Shown piece by piece: positions 15,480-27,200 of a stretch of 64,000 nucleotides of DNA. The translations under genes and the position numbers were made by a program. Each line of letters starts with the position of its first letter. Positions within the stretch are counted from its first letter, which is position 1. Origin of the DNA: Trichoplax adhaerens (Eukaryota > Animalia > Placozoa). The notes under the pieces were generated by a model. That model did not search any database. It saw only the letters and a program-made list of their open reading frames with translations, and was not told the origin of the DNA. The DNA is taken from assembly GCF_000150275.1 (NCBI RefSeq), contig NW_002060947.1:1233199-1297198 (forward strand), written 5' to 3'.

Positions 15480-16040
15480 CAATGTACTGTACACTGTACA
15501 CTGTACACTGTGCAATACTGTACAGTACTGTCCACAGTGTACAGTAAACACACAGACTGTGCACTGTGCACTGTACTCTACAGTACAGTTTTCGAACTCT
15601 TCATGGTCTGGATGAGTCCGGATCAGATCCAGCCCGGACCAGACCTAGGTCTGAAGGATAGAAAGCAAAGTGTACAGTACTGTACAGTACAGGACAGTCA
15701 ACATACAGTACTGTACAGTACAGTACAGTACAGTACAGTACAGTAGTACCGTGCAGTTCAGTACTGTACACTGTAAAAAAAGGACAAAAACATTGGAGGA
15801 CTAGTAGAAGATGACCTTTTTTCTAAGTTCTAGCTGTACAGTACTTGGAGATCTTCCTTGGTCTGCAGACCTTGGACGGTTAGACCAGAACCAGACCATG
15901 AAGATCTTGAACCATACTAACTGTACAGTGTACAGTGTACAGTACAAGTACAGTACAGTACTGTACAGTACAGTAATTCAATCATTGCACCAATTTACTG
16001 TACTGTACTGTACTGTACTGTGTACACACAGTACACACAC
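15480..16040. repeat. ACAGT/ACTGT pentamer and ACTGTAC heptamer microsatellite-rich tract in the divergent RECQL5-importin-alpha intergenic region
   Basis: A pure (CAGTA)n run at about 15716-15745, (ACTGTAC)n near 15485, the reverse-complement (TACTG)n run at about 15997-16020, and many scattered copies continuing through 16460-16700 and importin-alpha intron 1. Confidence 0.9.
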
Positions 16041-16849
16041 ACTTCCACACTCTGGCACTCACAGTCAGGGTCTAGACTCAGGGACTCCTTGCTAGCAACC
16101 CGCCGTCCGTTATACTGGACTGGACGGAATGACTAACGTAGCCATACAGACTCCTACTAACATTCCACTGCCCATGTGGCATGTGTCAATGACACAGCAC
16201 TCTGTGATTGTGCTCAGGTGAACGCCATCCCTACGATAGAGGCTATCGCTTTATGAAAACTATTTTCCATTGAATACGATAGCAAAGCACTGCAGGAATA
16301 AAAATAAAAAGCTAGATGTCAAGGTGAAAGGCAGCAACTACTAAAAGAAAATCATTTGGGATCACGGTTCACTGTCAATGGGTAAGGCAGTAATATAGAG
16401 ATCTTCACGTCCAGCCTGGTTTTTCTTGATGGACCACTACAGAACCCCAATGGTCCACACAATGTCGAGTACAGTGTACAGTACGTAGTCTTGGATTGTA
16501 CCGTACTCAAGGACTTTTAATAAGAGAATTTCTCTTGAGAAAATCTCTCCAATACCGTACAATACTGTATTGTCCATAGCACTGTACATAGTACTGTACA
16601 GTGTACAGTACTATGTACTGTACTATGATCCACACACACTGCCATTGCCGCGCGAGGGTTACTACAGTACCGCACTACACTACTGTATGACCAGGGTCGA
16701 CTGTATATAGACTCAGCCTTGCCGGGTGGATTGACGAAAAGGCAACTTTGAAAAGTAGGTAGCGCATTCTTAGTCAAGGTCGATATCACGGCCATTGCTC
16801 TTACAGCCATCATCAAGATACAAATAGTTCACGGATACTAGAAATCACC

Positions 16850-19800
16850 ATGTCGAGTGACCAGCACCGTTGGAAAAATTACAAAAATAAAGGGCTCGAT
16901 CAACGAGAGATGCGACGTCGTCGCGAAGAAGAAGGAGTCCAGTTACGAAAAGTCAAGCGAGACCAACAGGTAAAATAAGTCATTTCATTGTCAAGAATAT
17001 CATTATGATACTGTGATGTCCAAGTGTCCCTATTTGGTTATTGGACGATAGAATTCAGTGCAGCATTGCACTCAGACTACTCCAAACTTCCTATTGAATA
17101 TCAAGTGAATATTTCAACTAGCGTTACTTTATCATAAGGGCATTTTGAAGATGTTATTGGCACAAGCCGGCCACTTGCATTGTTATTATTGGCAGTGTGC
17201 GTACATTTTATAAAAACGTCTTGTTGTTAGCCCAAACATTCGATTCATTTCATACAGTATTCATAATACTGTAGTAGCCATGTTCCTTGCATGAATCAGC
17301 AAGTGAAATACTCCGGCGGGTAGAGACTTGCTATGCTATTACGAACTTGCAGTAACTATGACTTCAAATAGACGATCAATCCAATAGCTAGCGCCGTCAT
17401 CAAGACAGTACTGTAACACTTTCTAATTTTAACACATCTTGTTATTGATTAACCCTTGGAATTTCGTGTTGGACAGTCAGTCATGTACTATGTATAACGC
17501 TTTTGTAGCATAGGTACATAGACTTAGTCGGGAATTGACTTGAAATTAGTGTATCGAGTTTCGACCAGGATCTCCAAATCAATGACCTCCTAGCAAGATG
17601 ATGTACACTGTACTGTACAGTATAGAAATTTGTATTACTTATACACCAGCACGCTTGGTCAAGGACCAGTAAGGGTTCCTTACGATGCATGAGCAAATAA
17701 GGCCCATGACATGCAGCTAACTGTACGGTAGTGATCGTTTTTCTCGTTGTCAATGCATGGTAACAAAGAGTATAGAATCACTAACTACTTTTACCCTCAG
17801 AGACGGAAAATTCCCCTAGAATCGTCGATTACTGTATAAATGAAATTCTCAATGATTAATTCCAATTTTTTTCTATTTCTGTGTACGGTACACCGATCAA
17901 TCGATCACTTCTCGACTAGAACTTATAGTACAGTACTGTGATTGTGTCCACTTGAAAAAGGAAACCTACAGTACTTGGCGACCACCCATGTGGTACAATG
18001 TGCTACTGTAGTCATTCTTAGGGTTTTAGTAGTAGCAGTATAGTCAGTGCAATTACACTAGCGTAGTACAGTATACTGTATGGGTACCTATGCTATCAAG
18101 CAGTCAGTACTCGGTACATTTTGAAGCCTGTTGTTTTGGAGGATTCCTTGCGTAGGCAAATACGTTTACTGTATCGTTTGAGGAGACCATAAACGACTCA
18201 TAATGATCATCCGACCTTAATTTACCTTGTGCAAGATTTCAGTCTAGTAGTATCGAATAAGCTGGATAAAGCATATTTTTTAGTACAACACAGCAATGTC
18301 TTGGGTGATCTAAAACGACCTAATTGCAAGCTGCATCAGTAGGAGTACTACACTGTGCGTAACTTAGTCTTATACCGCTCAGTCATTTGACTGCGTACAA
18401 AGCACAACTGTACTGCACAGTACATTGTACAGTACTTCGTACTGACGTACAGTACAGTACTGTACATCACTGGAGATCATGTACTGTAGTGACCAATTCT
18501 GATTTGCCCTGACTGTATCTGGCATACTCTACACTACTGTATGAATAAATATACTTTGGGGATACTATTTTCCAAGTAAAATAGTGGGCTTTCTTCTTGG
18601 TATTATTAGGTGGCAAGTATTGATTCTTGTACCTAATTTACCAGTAGAAATGATGATCTAGCATATAGCACCGAAACTCGTGACACACTTTTCCTGTAAC
18701 TGTCCACTGTATCTGCAGTATAAACTTCCGAACAAGATTGCACAGGGTTAGGGGTAGAGGTAGAAGTTAGGAATGAGCAATTAGAGTTAGCTTATTTGAT
18801 TCCATTGCTATAAGTGACGATTGCGATGATTTGGACCAATTAGCGCTTGATTGGGGTACGGTAATAATGTACAAGTACACTATTTCGTGCAGTTGGTGTT
18901 AGTCGGATATCTTCCCTCTATGCTATAAGAAAAGGCCAACAACCTAGCCAAATCGAACTCCTTAATCGAAAGGAAGAACTGTTCAACTAATCACACTGCC
19001 ATTACTTTGATAATCCTTTTAGTTGAGTAAGCGACGACAAGTTTCTGCAATGGTGGATGATGACGATACCGGAATGGAAATGAAATCGGAGATATCTCCA
19101 AAGGTAAAGGCAAAGTAACGCAACTGTCGAATTTCTGTCGTTTGTCTTGTCTATATTGTTTCACCTACTTACCACAAAGACTACATAACCACTTGTACAG
19201 ACATAGTTACTAGTAAAATGTTATCATTAAATGAAATCAAGTGAAGGTTTCTAATTGGCGAAATTTGTATTACCTTCCGTAAATTACAGAGGATAGCAAC
19301 AAATTTCTTAATGTATTAGTATCATTAATTATATACTGGTTATCTTGGCAGGGTAAATACGATTTAGAGTCCATGATGTCAAATATGTATTCTGCCGATT
19401 TGGACTTGGTATTAGAAGCTACTCAAAAATTTCGCAAGCTATTATCGAAAGGTTCGAATTTAAAGTGTTACTAATTCAGTCTGCTATGTAGTATCTACAA
19501 TAACATCACACAATGATGAAATGATCTTGAGCATCACCTTTCGTCAATGTTACGAATAATAAACGCCTACGTTAGATTTGTCTGATTATATGCTGATATA
19601 AATCGGTATAAAAATGATCGCAATATCACCCATTGCTTATAATTATAAAATATGTCATAAGCTTTGCGACCTGTTATCACTGGGAAAATATATTGGGTAA
19701 TTATTCATATTTGTTCAATTTTAGAACCTCATCCACCTATTCAGGAAGTTATTAACTTAGGAATTGTACCTAAATTGGTAGAATTATTGAAATGGCAGAA

Positions 19801-21825
19801 TGATACTTTACAATTTGAAGCTGCCTGGGCGCTAACTAACATTGCCTCAGGAACTTCACTCCAAACTGCTACAGTATTACAAGCTGGAGCAGTACCTGTC
19901 TTGATAGAATTACTGTCTAGTAGTAACGTTGATATTCAGGAGCAGGTAAAACTATCAATGATAATTAATTACACCGTAGTTGTACTGCCAATGTCATGAT
20001 CATGTCAGTCTTATTAATCTACTTTTAATTTTTATCAATTAGTCTGTATGGGCTTTAGGGAATATTGCTGGTGATAGCACTCCATGCCGTGATCATGTTT
20101 TAGGTCTTAATATTCTACCTTCACTACTGCAGTAAGTCTGACATCAGCGTCATCAAATACTACTAACTTTTCGCCCAATTAACCGTTCTCTTAATAGGAG
20201 AGAAATCGCTAATAGATATCATACAATTTGAATAGACGGTTTCGTGTCTTAGATTTCACTGAACAATTGATCGTGCAATTGACGCAGTGATAGACTTCTA
20301 ACGCTGTACTAATGTTTAATATTATCTAGATTAATTGCCAGTGCGCAAAAGTTATCATTAGTTCGTAACGCTGTATGGGCACTTTCTAATCTTTGCCGTG
20401 GAAAAAATCCTTTACCTGACTTTGGAATTGTACGTAGGATAGCTTTGTTTGTTATTGAAGAATGAAGTTACATATGTAGAAAAACGTTTCCCCTTTTAAT
20501 GTTATAAATTGGTAACTACACAATATACAGGTATCAATTGCTCTACCAACATTAGCGAGACTATTATATGCTGACGATAAAGAAGTATTAGCAGACACAT
20601 GTTGGGCTCTATCTTATTTAACCGATGGTCCAAATGACAGGATACAGAAAGTTATCGAAGTTGGTGTATGCAAGCGATTAGTCGAATTATTACTGTAAGG
20701 ACAATTAATACGGAAACTTCGTCAAGTTGTTTGGTCGTGTATTCGTTACAATGTGTTCTTTTCTTATTAGACATACGCACTCTTCGGTGCAATCAGCTGC
20801 TTTAAGAGCAGTAGGCAACGTAGTCACTGGTGATGACGTCCAAACGCAGGTAATTCCAATCTCCATACCGTTTAACAAGACCTATAGCAAGTAACTAAAT
20901 TAAATCCGAAAATCTGTCCTATTTAGGTAATAATTGAGTGCTCCGCTTTATCCAACCTTTCGACCTTATTGGACAGTTCCCGAGACAGTATTAAAAAGGA
21001 AGCCTGTTGGACAGTATCCAATATTACGGCCGGAAATAAGACTCAAATACAGGTAGCCTAAAGTAATCAGCGCAATATTTTTTATATCTAGTGAATGATA
21101 CTAGCGGAAACTATACTGATGTATTGCACTGATGATAATGATGCATTTATGTAACTAGGCGGTAATAGACGCTAATATCATACCTAAGCTTATTCATGTT
21201 GCAAGTATGTCCGACTACAAAACACAAAAAGAAATTACTTGGGCCATTACCAACGCTACAACAGGAGGAAACGAACAACAAGTGAGGTAATGACGGTACT
21301 CTACTTGTCAATATTTAGTAATTTCTGTTCGTGAAGGAAATTATTCAAGACTTACGTTATATTAAATTTTATCCCTTAGATTTATCGCTAGTCAGGGAGC
21401 AATTAGGCCTCTTTGCGAAATACTTGGCGTAATGGATGCTAAAATTGTCGATGTCGCTATGACAGGACTTGAAAATATATTGCGTGTTGGAGAACGCATT
21501 GGTAAAGCCGAAAATCGTCCCAATCCTTACGCTATTTTGGTAGAGGAAGCTGGAGGTAACTAAACAGACATGTAAATCGTCCTCTTAATATTCTGCCTAG
21601 AATCTAAATCAGATTTCTAATATTTATTGTCTATCAGGAATTGAAAAAATAAATTTTTTGCAACGCCACGACAATCAAACTTTATATAAGAAGGCATACA
21701 ATATAATCGATAAATATTTTCCATCAGATGAAGCTGATGGTGAAATAACACCAAGCATTGATCCAGCTAACAGTCAGTACTCCTTTGGTAATTTCAACGA
21801 ACATCATGGTAATTTCGACTTTTAA
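16850..21825 (+). CDS. KPNA: Importin subunit alpha (karyopherin alpha, alpha1/KPNA1-5-6 subfamily), intact
   Basis: Exon 1 (16850-16969) [40 protein letters not shown] followed by LSKRR gives a complete IBB domain of alpha1 type. ARM repeats carry [64 protein letters not shown] and KEITWAITN. Ends ...[12 protein letters not shown]...GNFDF* at 21823-21825. Confidence 0.96.
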
Positions 21826-24254
21826 TTGTGTTATGATGTAAGACCAATAACTTCAAGGCGTAGCCCATTACCCCATGTTGTTTAAAATTTTTGTCAGGCG
21901 AAAACCTTGACGTAGATATTCAGTTTAAGTATAAAATTCCTTTCATCGACGATTTCCGATATTATTGATAATTGTTGCTTCCGGTGTAGCTATTTTATAC
22001 GCGTACGCTGCACCATTTCCCAAAACATTTTCGTATTGGAAGATAGCGCATAAAAGGTGTTTGCGTTTATTATTTACCTCGTACCATTATCCGTTGGTTC
22101 TATCAAACTTATTGCAGAAAAGATAATGTGGATGATTAAGAATATTAGGTGATATCGATAAAGTAGTTTCGATCGCACGTCATGGTAAAGCAACAATTTT
22201 TATATGATATAAAATTGATTAGTCCGATATAAAAATATAGCTATTATTGTACATGCAACGGTATAATTCCTAATTATATGGGACTCGAAGCTAATTGATC
22301 TACTTCTTAACTGTGATATTTCTAGCATAATTTTTTGGCTTCTCGATACGCTTGTAACATATGATAAAAAATATTCGTACCGTTTTGTTTTTATTTGTAT
22401 AACAAATGCAAGACATACTTCAATAGTAGTTTTCAACATCCTGATGCAGCTAATTTGCTGAAAATAAGCAGTAATGGCTTACTATTCCTTATTCTTGGTA
22501 TATCCTGTGGAATGCTTACTTTTACTGCAGTTAAAGCAGTTCTGCTATCATGTGATTCTAATTTCAACATTTTCCACAAATTAAGAATTTGTTTCGGTCG
22601 CTTTTAATCTTTTGGCCATTATTACTGGTTTCTATCCCTGAGTATTCAATTATTGCATTATGCGTCAATGCCAAAAATGGATTTAATACGTGCCATAACT
22701 AATGCTTAAGTACAGTCATAAAAGTATTCTGAATTCGTATACATAAAAATATATATATATATGTTCACGGATACATCCACATGTAATTATTAATGTAATT
22801 ATTTACAACAATATCAAGCATGCGATCATGGAATAGGTAGCATACTACGTTATTAAAATGCAGTACTTGTAATATTCATATTTGGTTTTAGTATATAAAA
22901 ATTGCATACAATATATCAGCTATTCTAAAATCAATATGTTAATGATTTTTTTTGCCTGTTTTGAAGTGCAATATTAATCAATCTTAGAGTATACATCTGA
23001 TCTTTAATATTAATATAATATCGATCAAAATATTTGCTAACAACTGAAAATTGTTTAATTTTTTTGATTTTTGTTGGTCAGGAAGATACTATAATAATTG
23101 TATTAAACATTTATAAATAATAAAGATTACTTTACACTATTTTTTGTTTTTTGCCAAATTTTTTTCATACATTGATATTAAGTATAGGGACATCATCAGT
23201 TAGGACAATGTCTGCTACTTTCTAATGTTTGAGCCTTAAACATGTTCCTTGATGATTTATAATTAGTACCGGTAATATTTTGACTGTGATAAGACAACTA
23301 GATAGCTTTTCTAGAGATAGTACAAGTTGTCTATCAGAATTCATTACGAAACTCAAATACCTACGCGTATCTATATAGCACACGAGTCTAGTGCCGTGTC
23401 TTCAGCATACTGTAGTTTAAATATTTCAATCTCGTGTAGAATTTAGATGCAGCAAGATGCTAAGGCGAGGGCTAGCACATGCAAGGGGTGTTTCTAGTTA
23501 CCAAGTTTTCTATAAAGAATGCATAATTAAAATCCATAACAAGCCTCCACAACTGCAAGAAAGCTTCTCTGTAGTAATGTTCATATGTTACGGAGACACG
23601 CAAAATTGGGTACAACTGGTAATTTGGAATCAATTAAAAAAACTTTTTGTTACTATTGAAACACGTATGATTATATACGTATTTATAACACTTAACGGTG
23701 CAGTATTTTGCAACAATATAGCAGTAACTATCACCACTTTCATCAGTAACTTCACAATGATTTATTTGCGCTCATTCAATTACCCAATTAGTGTACAATA
23801 GTACTTGTTTCATTACAGCGGCATCGAAAATACTTATATTGCATTAGATACTTCAAATGAAAACATCTGATTGTAAAGTGTGAAATAAAATCGGTAATTA
23901 CCGTATCTTGGAACTATATTTCAGCAGAATAAGTTCACATCATGCGAGGAAAATAGGATTATTTAATGAATCTGACAATAAATTGGTTCACTCATCTTCA
24001 TTAAATCCATCACAAAGTCTTACTGATGATGGACGATATAATAAATCAAATGCGATAGAATAATAGCTCTACTGCATATAGTGCTGCTAATATCTGCAAT
24101 AGTAAGAGAATGACTACGCAACAGTTAAAAATTTGCTTGAGAAAAAGTTGTAGTTAACTATTTTTCATTTTCAGATTTCCTAATAAAAAATCACAGTTTG
24201 CTTAATAATGCAAACTCAATTACAGTCTTACATCTGTTGATCTAGGATTCAATG

Positions 24255-27200
24255 TCAAATTTGTGCTTTATGAATTAGAATATCTCTTTTGGGCTTTTCC
24301 TGTTGTATCAAATACATAAGAAACAAATTAGATATTGATGATCAATTTATGAAAGTATGAAGTAGAGGACAAACTTAACATGATACGTATAGAATAATAA
24401 AATGATAATATTGCATTTAAAGTACCAAATATATTTATATGCTCGTATAAGTCCCATTGCTTAGATCTTTAGTTATCACTAAGGTTACATGAATGTAACT
24501 GAAATGAAACTTGTAAAGACATTCAGGTAAATCCGCTATTATTTTAACATTAATTATAATTTTTGTTAACAAACAAGGAATAGTCAAATTTTAGAGCTAA
24601 TGCAATTCAGTCTATCAACTGATTTAGTAGCAAAGTTAATGCTAATAACAGCAATTCACATAATTCTCGAAGTAGTTTAGTTAATTTTTAACGCTATAAG
24701 TGATAAATGTAGGCTGTTTTTGTTAACTTCATTGTAACCTATCCTATCTCTAAATAGTGTTCAAAACCCTATTCAATAATTAAATAATTATAACTTACCG
24801 TAAAGAAATTTTTATATATTATTTCCAATAAGAGAAAAACGTAACCAAACGATAAACCAAGAAATAACGTCATAAAAATACCAGCTAAAAAATGTAATCC
24901 AATACCGCTATTATTGCCTGCTACTGCACCGTTATTATCACATTGGCTTCGATCAGTCCACCATTTTTTACGCAAATAATCCATATATCCACGATCTTGT
25001 AATGTTAAAATAGCCAAACTAAAATTTTTCACATATGGTGAACCTTTCTGTAATCCGATACCAAGTGGGCTATGACCAAATGGCTTACCAATAGTCAGTA
25101 AATTACATGGACGACGTAAAACATAATAATCAGCTGTAGCTTTATCAATTAGAAATGCGAACGATCCATTGCGAGTTCGTTTAATACCAGCTTGCAAAGT
25201 CGGCATTAGGCCATTACTCTCTTGTATTTTCTTCCATATTATTTTATCGACCGGACGACGCGATGAATTAAAATGGTAAGAAGTTTGTCCACCGCGGATA
25301 GCACCAGCAGCATAACTTGAATTAGATAATTCAGTTAAACTGTGGATAATAGGTTTCATTGGCGTAACCGATAAAAATGCAGTTAATTTAGCAGTATAAG
25401 TTTGAGTAATTATTAATACAAAAAACCACCATGAACCACCTAATATGCGGCTCGATAAGCCTCGAGGGGTTGTCTCGGAGCCTTGTTGTAATAAAGAGCT
25501 ATAAGTAAACCACATGCTGTTATAAAATGTTTGATCTTGTCCAGCTTCACGAACGTCTTCATTTTTGCCCCAACTGTATGGACTTAAGCGATTATACCAA
25601 CCAAGCAGTAGGCTCACTAATACCGACGATATAACTAGTGCTATCCAAACTTCGGTTTTAAATGGGAAGAAAAACTGGAATAGATCAGGTTCACGCTGGC
25701 CAGGATTGCTAATAAGAGCAGTTGAATGAGAGTATAAAAAAGGAACTGTAAAATCAGCCACAGTTTCTCGGATAAGGCTAATTGTCAAGTCAGCTAGGGC
25801 AACATCTGCTTTCTGATAAAATAATAACGAAAACATGTAGATATAACTTCTTCCTTACGAACAACAATTGAATGTAATATCAGCGTTAATATAATTTTTA
25901 TCATTATAAGTAAAGAAATTGTAACTCAATAATATTGTTTTTAATGGAACTTATTGAAGGTAATGATAAATTGATTTACTATCATTAATGTTCTATTAGT
26001 TGGGAACGATATATGCTACGTTACAGAATTACGACTAAATTCAATATATTCTACTGGTAAAGAAATAATAACTCAATAATATTATCTTTAATTAGATGTA
26101 TTGGCGGTAATGATGTATTAATGCACCATAATGAATATTATTCTAGTTGGAAACGATACATCGTAAATTATATTAATATTTCTAAATTCACTATATATAG
26201 TCTGCGCCGCTTCAAGGATTGATGAAAGGCAAGCCATCATCGAATTTGGGATATTTTTTCGATAGGAGAATTGTTTAAGAGTTTGGTATTAAATATTCTT
26301 GCTATCATACCATAAATCATAGCATCATTAACTACTAAGACTGTATACCGCATTAGATATACGCAATTATCGTAAAGGTATTAATAATTAATCATATGTT
26401 TTTCCTAATATTAGCAAAAATTGAGAAATAGACCCTGTCTTTACTCTTACCATAACTAGATTAGAGTGATCATGTGTAAAACTGAATCCGTACATGCATG
26501 GAATTGATAAAGATCACAACTAGAATGCAATAATGATTTACCTGTTCAACAAGCTGCCCGATTAAACCAGACCAGGAGCCATTATCATATCTAGCACCAT
26601 ATTGATGATCTTCGACAAGGTATAGTTCATAGTCTAGACCTAGCATTTCCTTTATTGCATCCATAATATCAATACAGAATCCTTCATAACTTTGACTGCC
26701 AGTAATTGGATCATAATCCTTGGTAAATACGAATGGCCTAGCCTACATTCAAACGTAGGTTTAATATTTTCGTTAGTTAGAATCGATATCGAGAGAAAAA
26801 TACAAATGGAAAGAAATTCAATTCGCAGCTTCAACTATTTCACAATAAAGTAGCTATACCAGCAACCAACCGCTTTACAATTTGCAATCCGTAATAAGTA
26901 AATAAATACTAACTATTGTGATAGAATACGACTAAATTATAAGGCTAGAAATATTTTTAATACTTACTATTATTGTCACCACTTTTAAGACTCTACGTGG
27001 AACATTAGACGTCCAAATCGCTTGATGTGAACCTGAGTAACGCGTTGCAATCTAATTTAAATATATCATAGAAATTAAAACCACGTTAAATGTATATTTC
27101 AAACATAATTTGATAAAAATGATTAAATTGACAAATCTGCAAATAAAGAGTATGAGTAATATGATTGTAAACTTACCACTGCAGGATTAGTCATAATTGA

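Noticed and set aside
15441-16816. ORFs 15441-15746, 15811-16095 and 16517-16816 rich in TVLYS/TVQYS
   Set aside because: These are translations of the ACAGT/ACTGT microsatellite, not proteins.
19513-19585. ATGATGA...CTGA in importin-alpha intron 3 as a C/D box snoRNA
   Set aside because: No convincing terminal stem and no rRNA-complementary guide that I could recognise.
22200-23801. ORFs 22200-22439, 22395-22607 and 23457-23801 as a separate gene
   Set aside because: No recognisable domain or coherent splice chain; likely UTR or intergenic sequence between convergent genes.
25375-25401. Calling the iGluR A>T change a natural Lurcher mutation
   Set aside because: The Thr is at motif position 7; Lurcher is position 8, which remains Ala in both paralogs.
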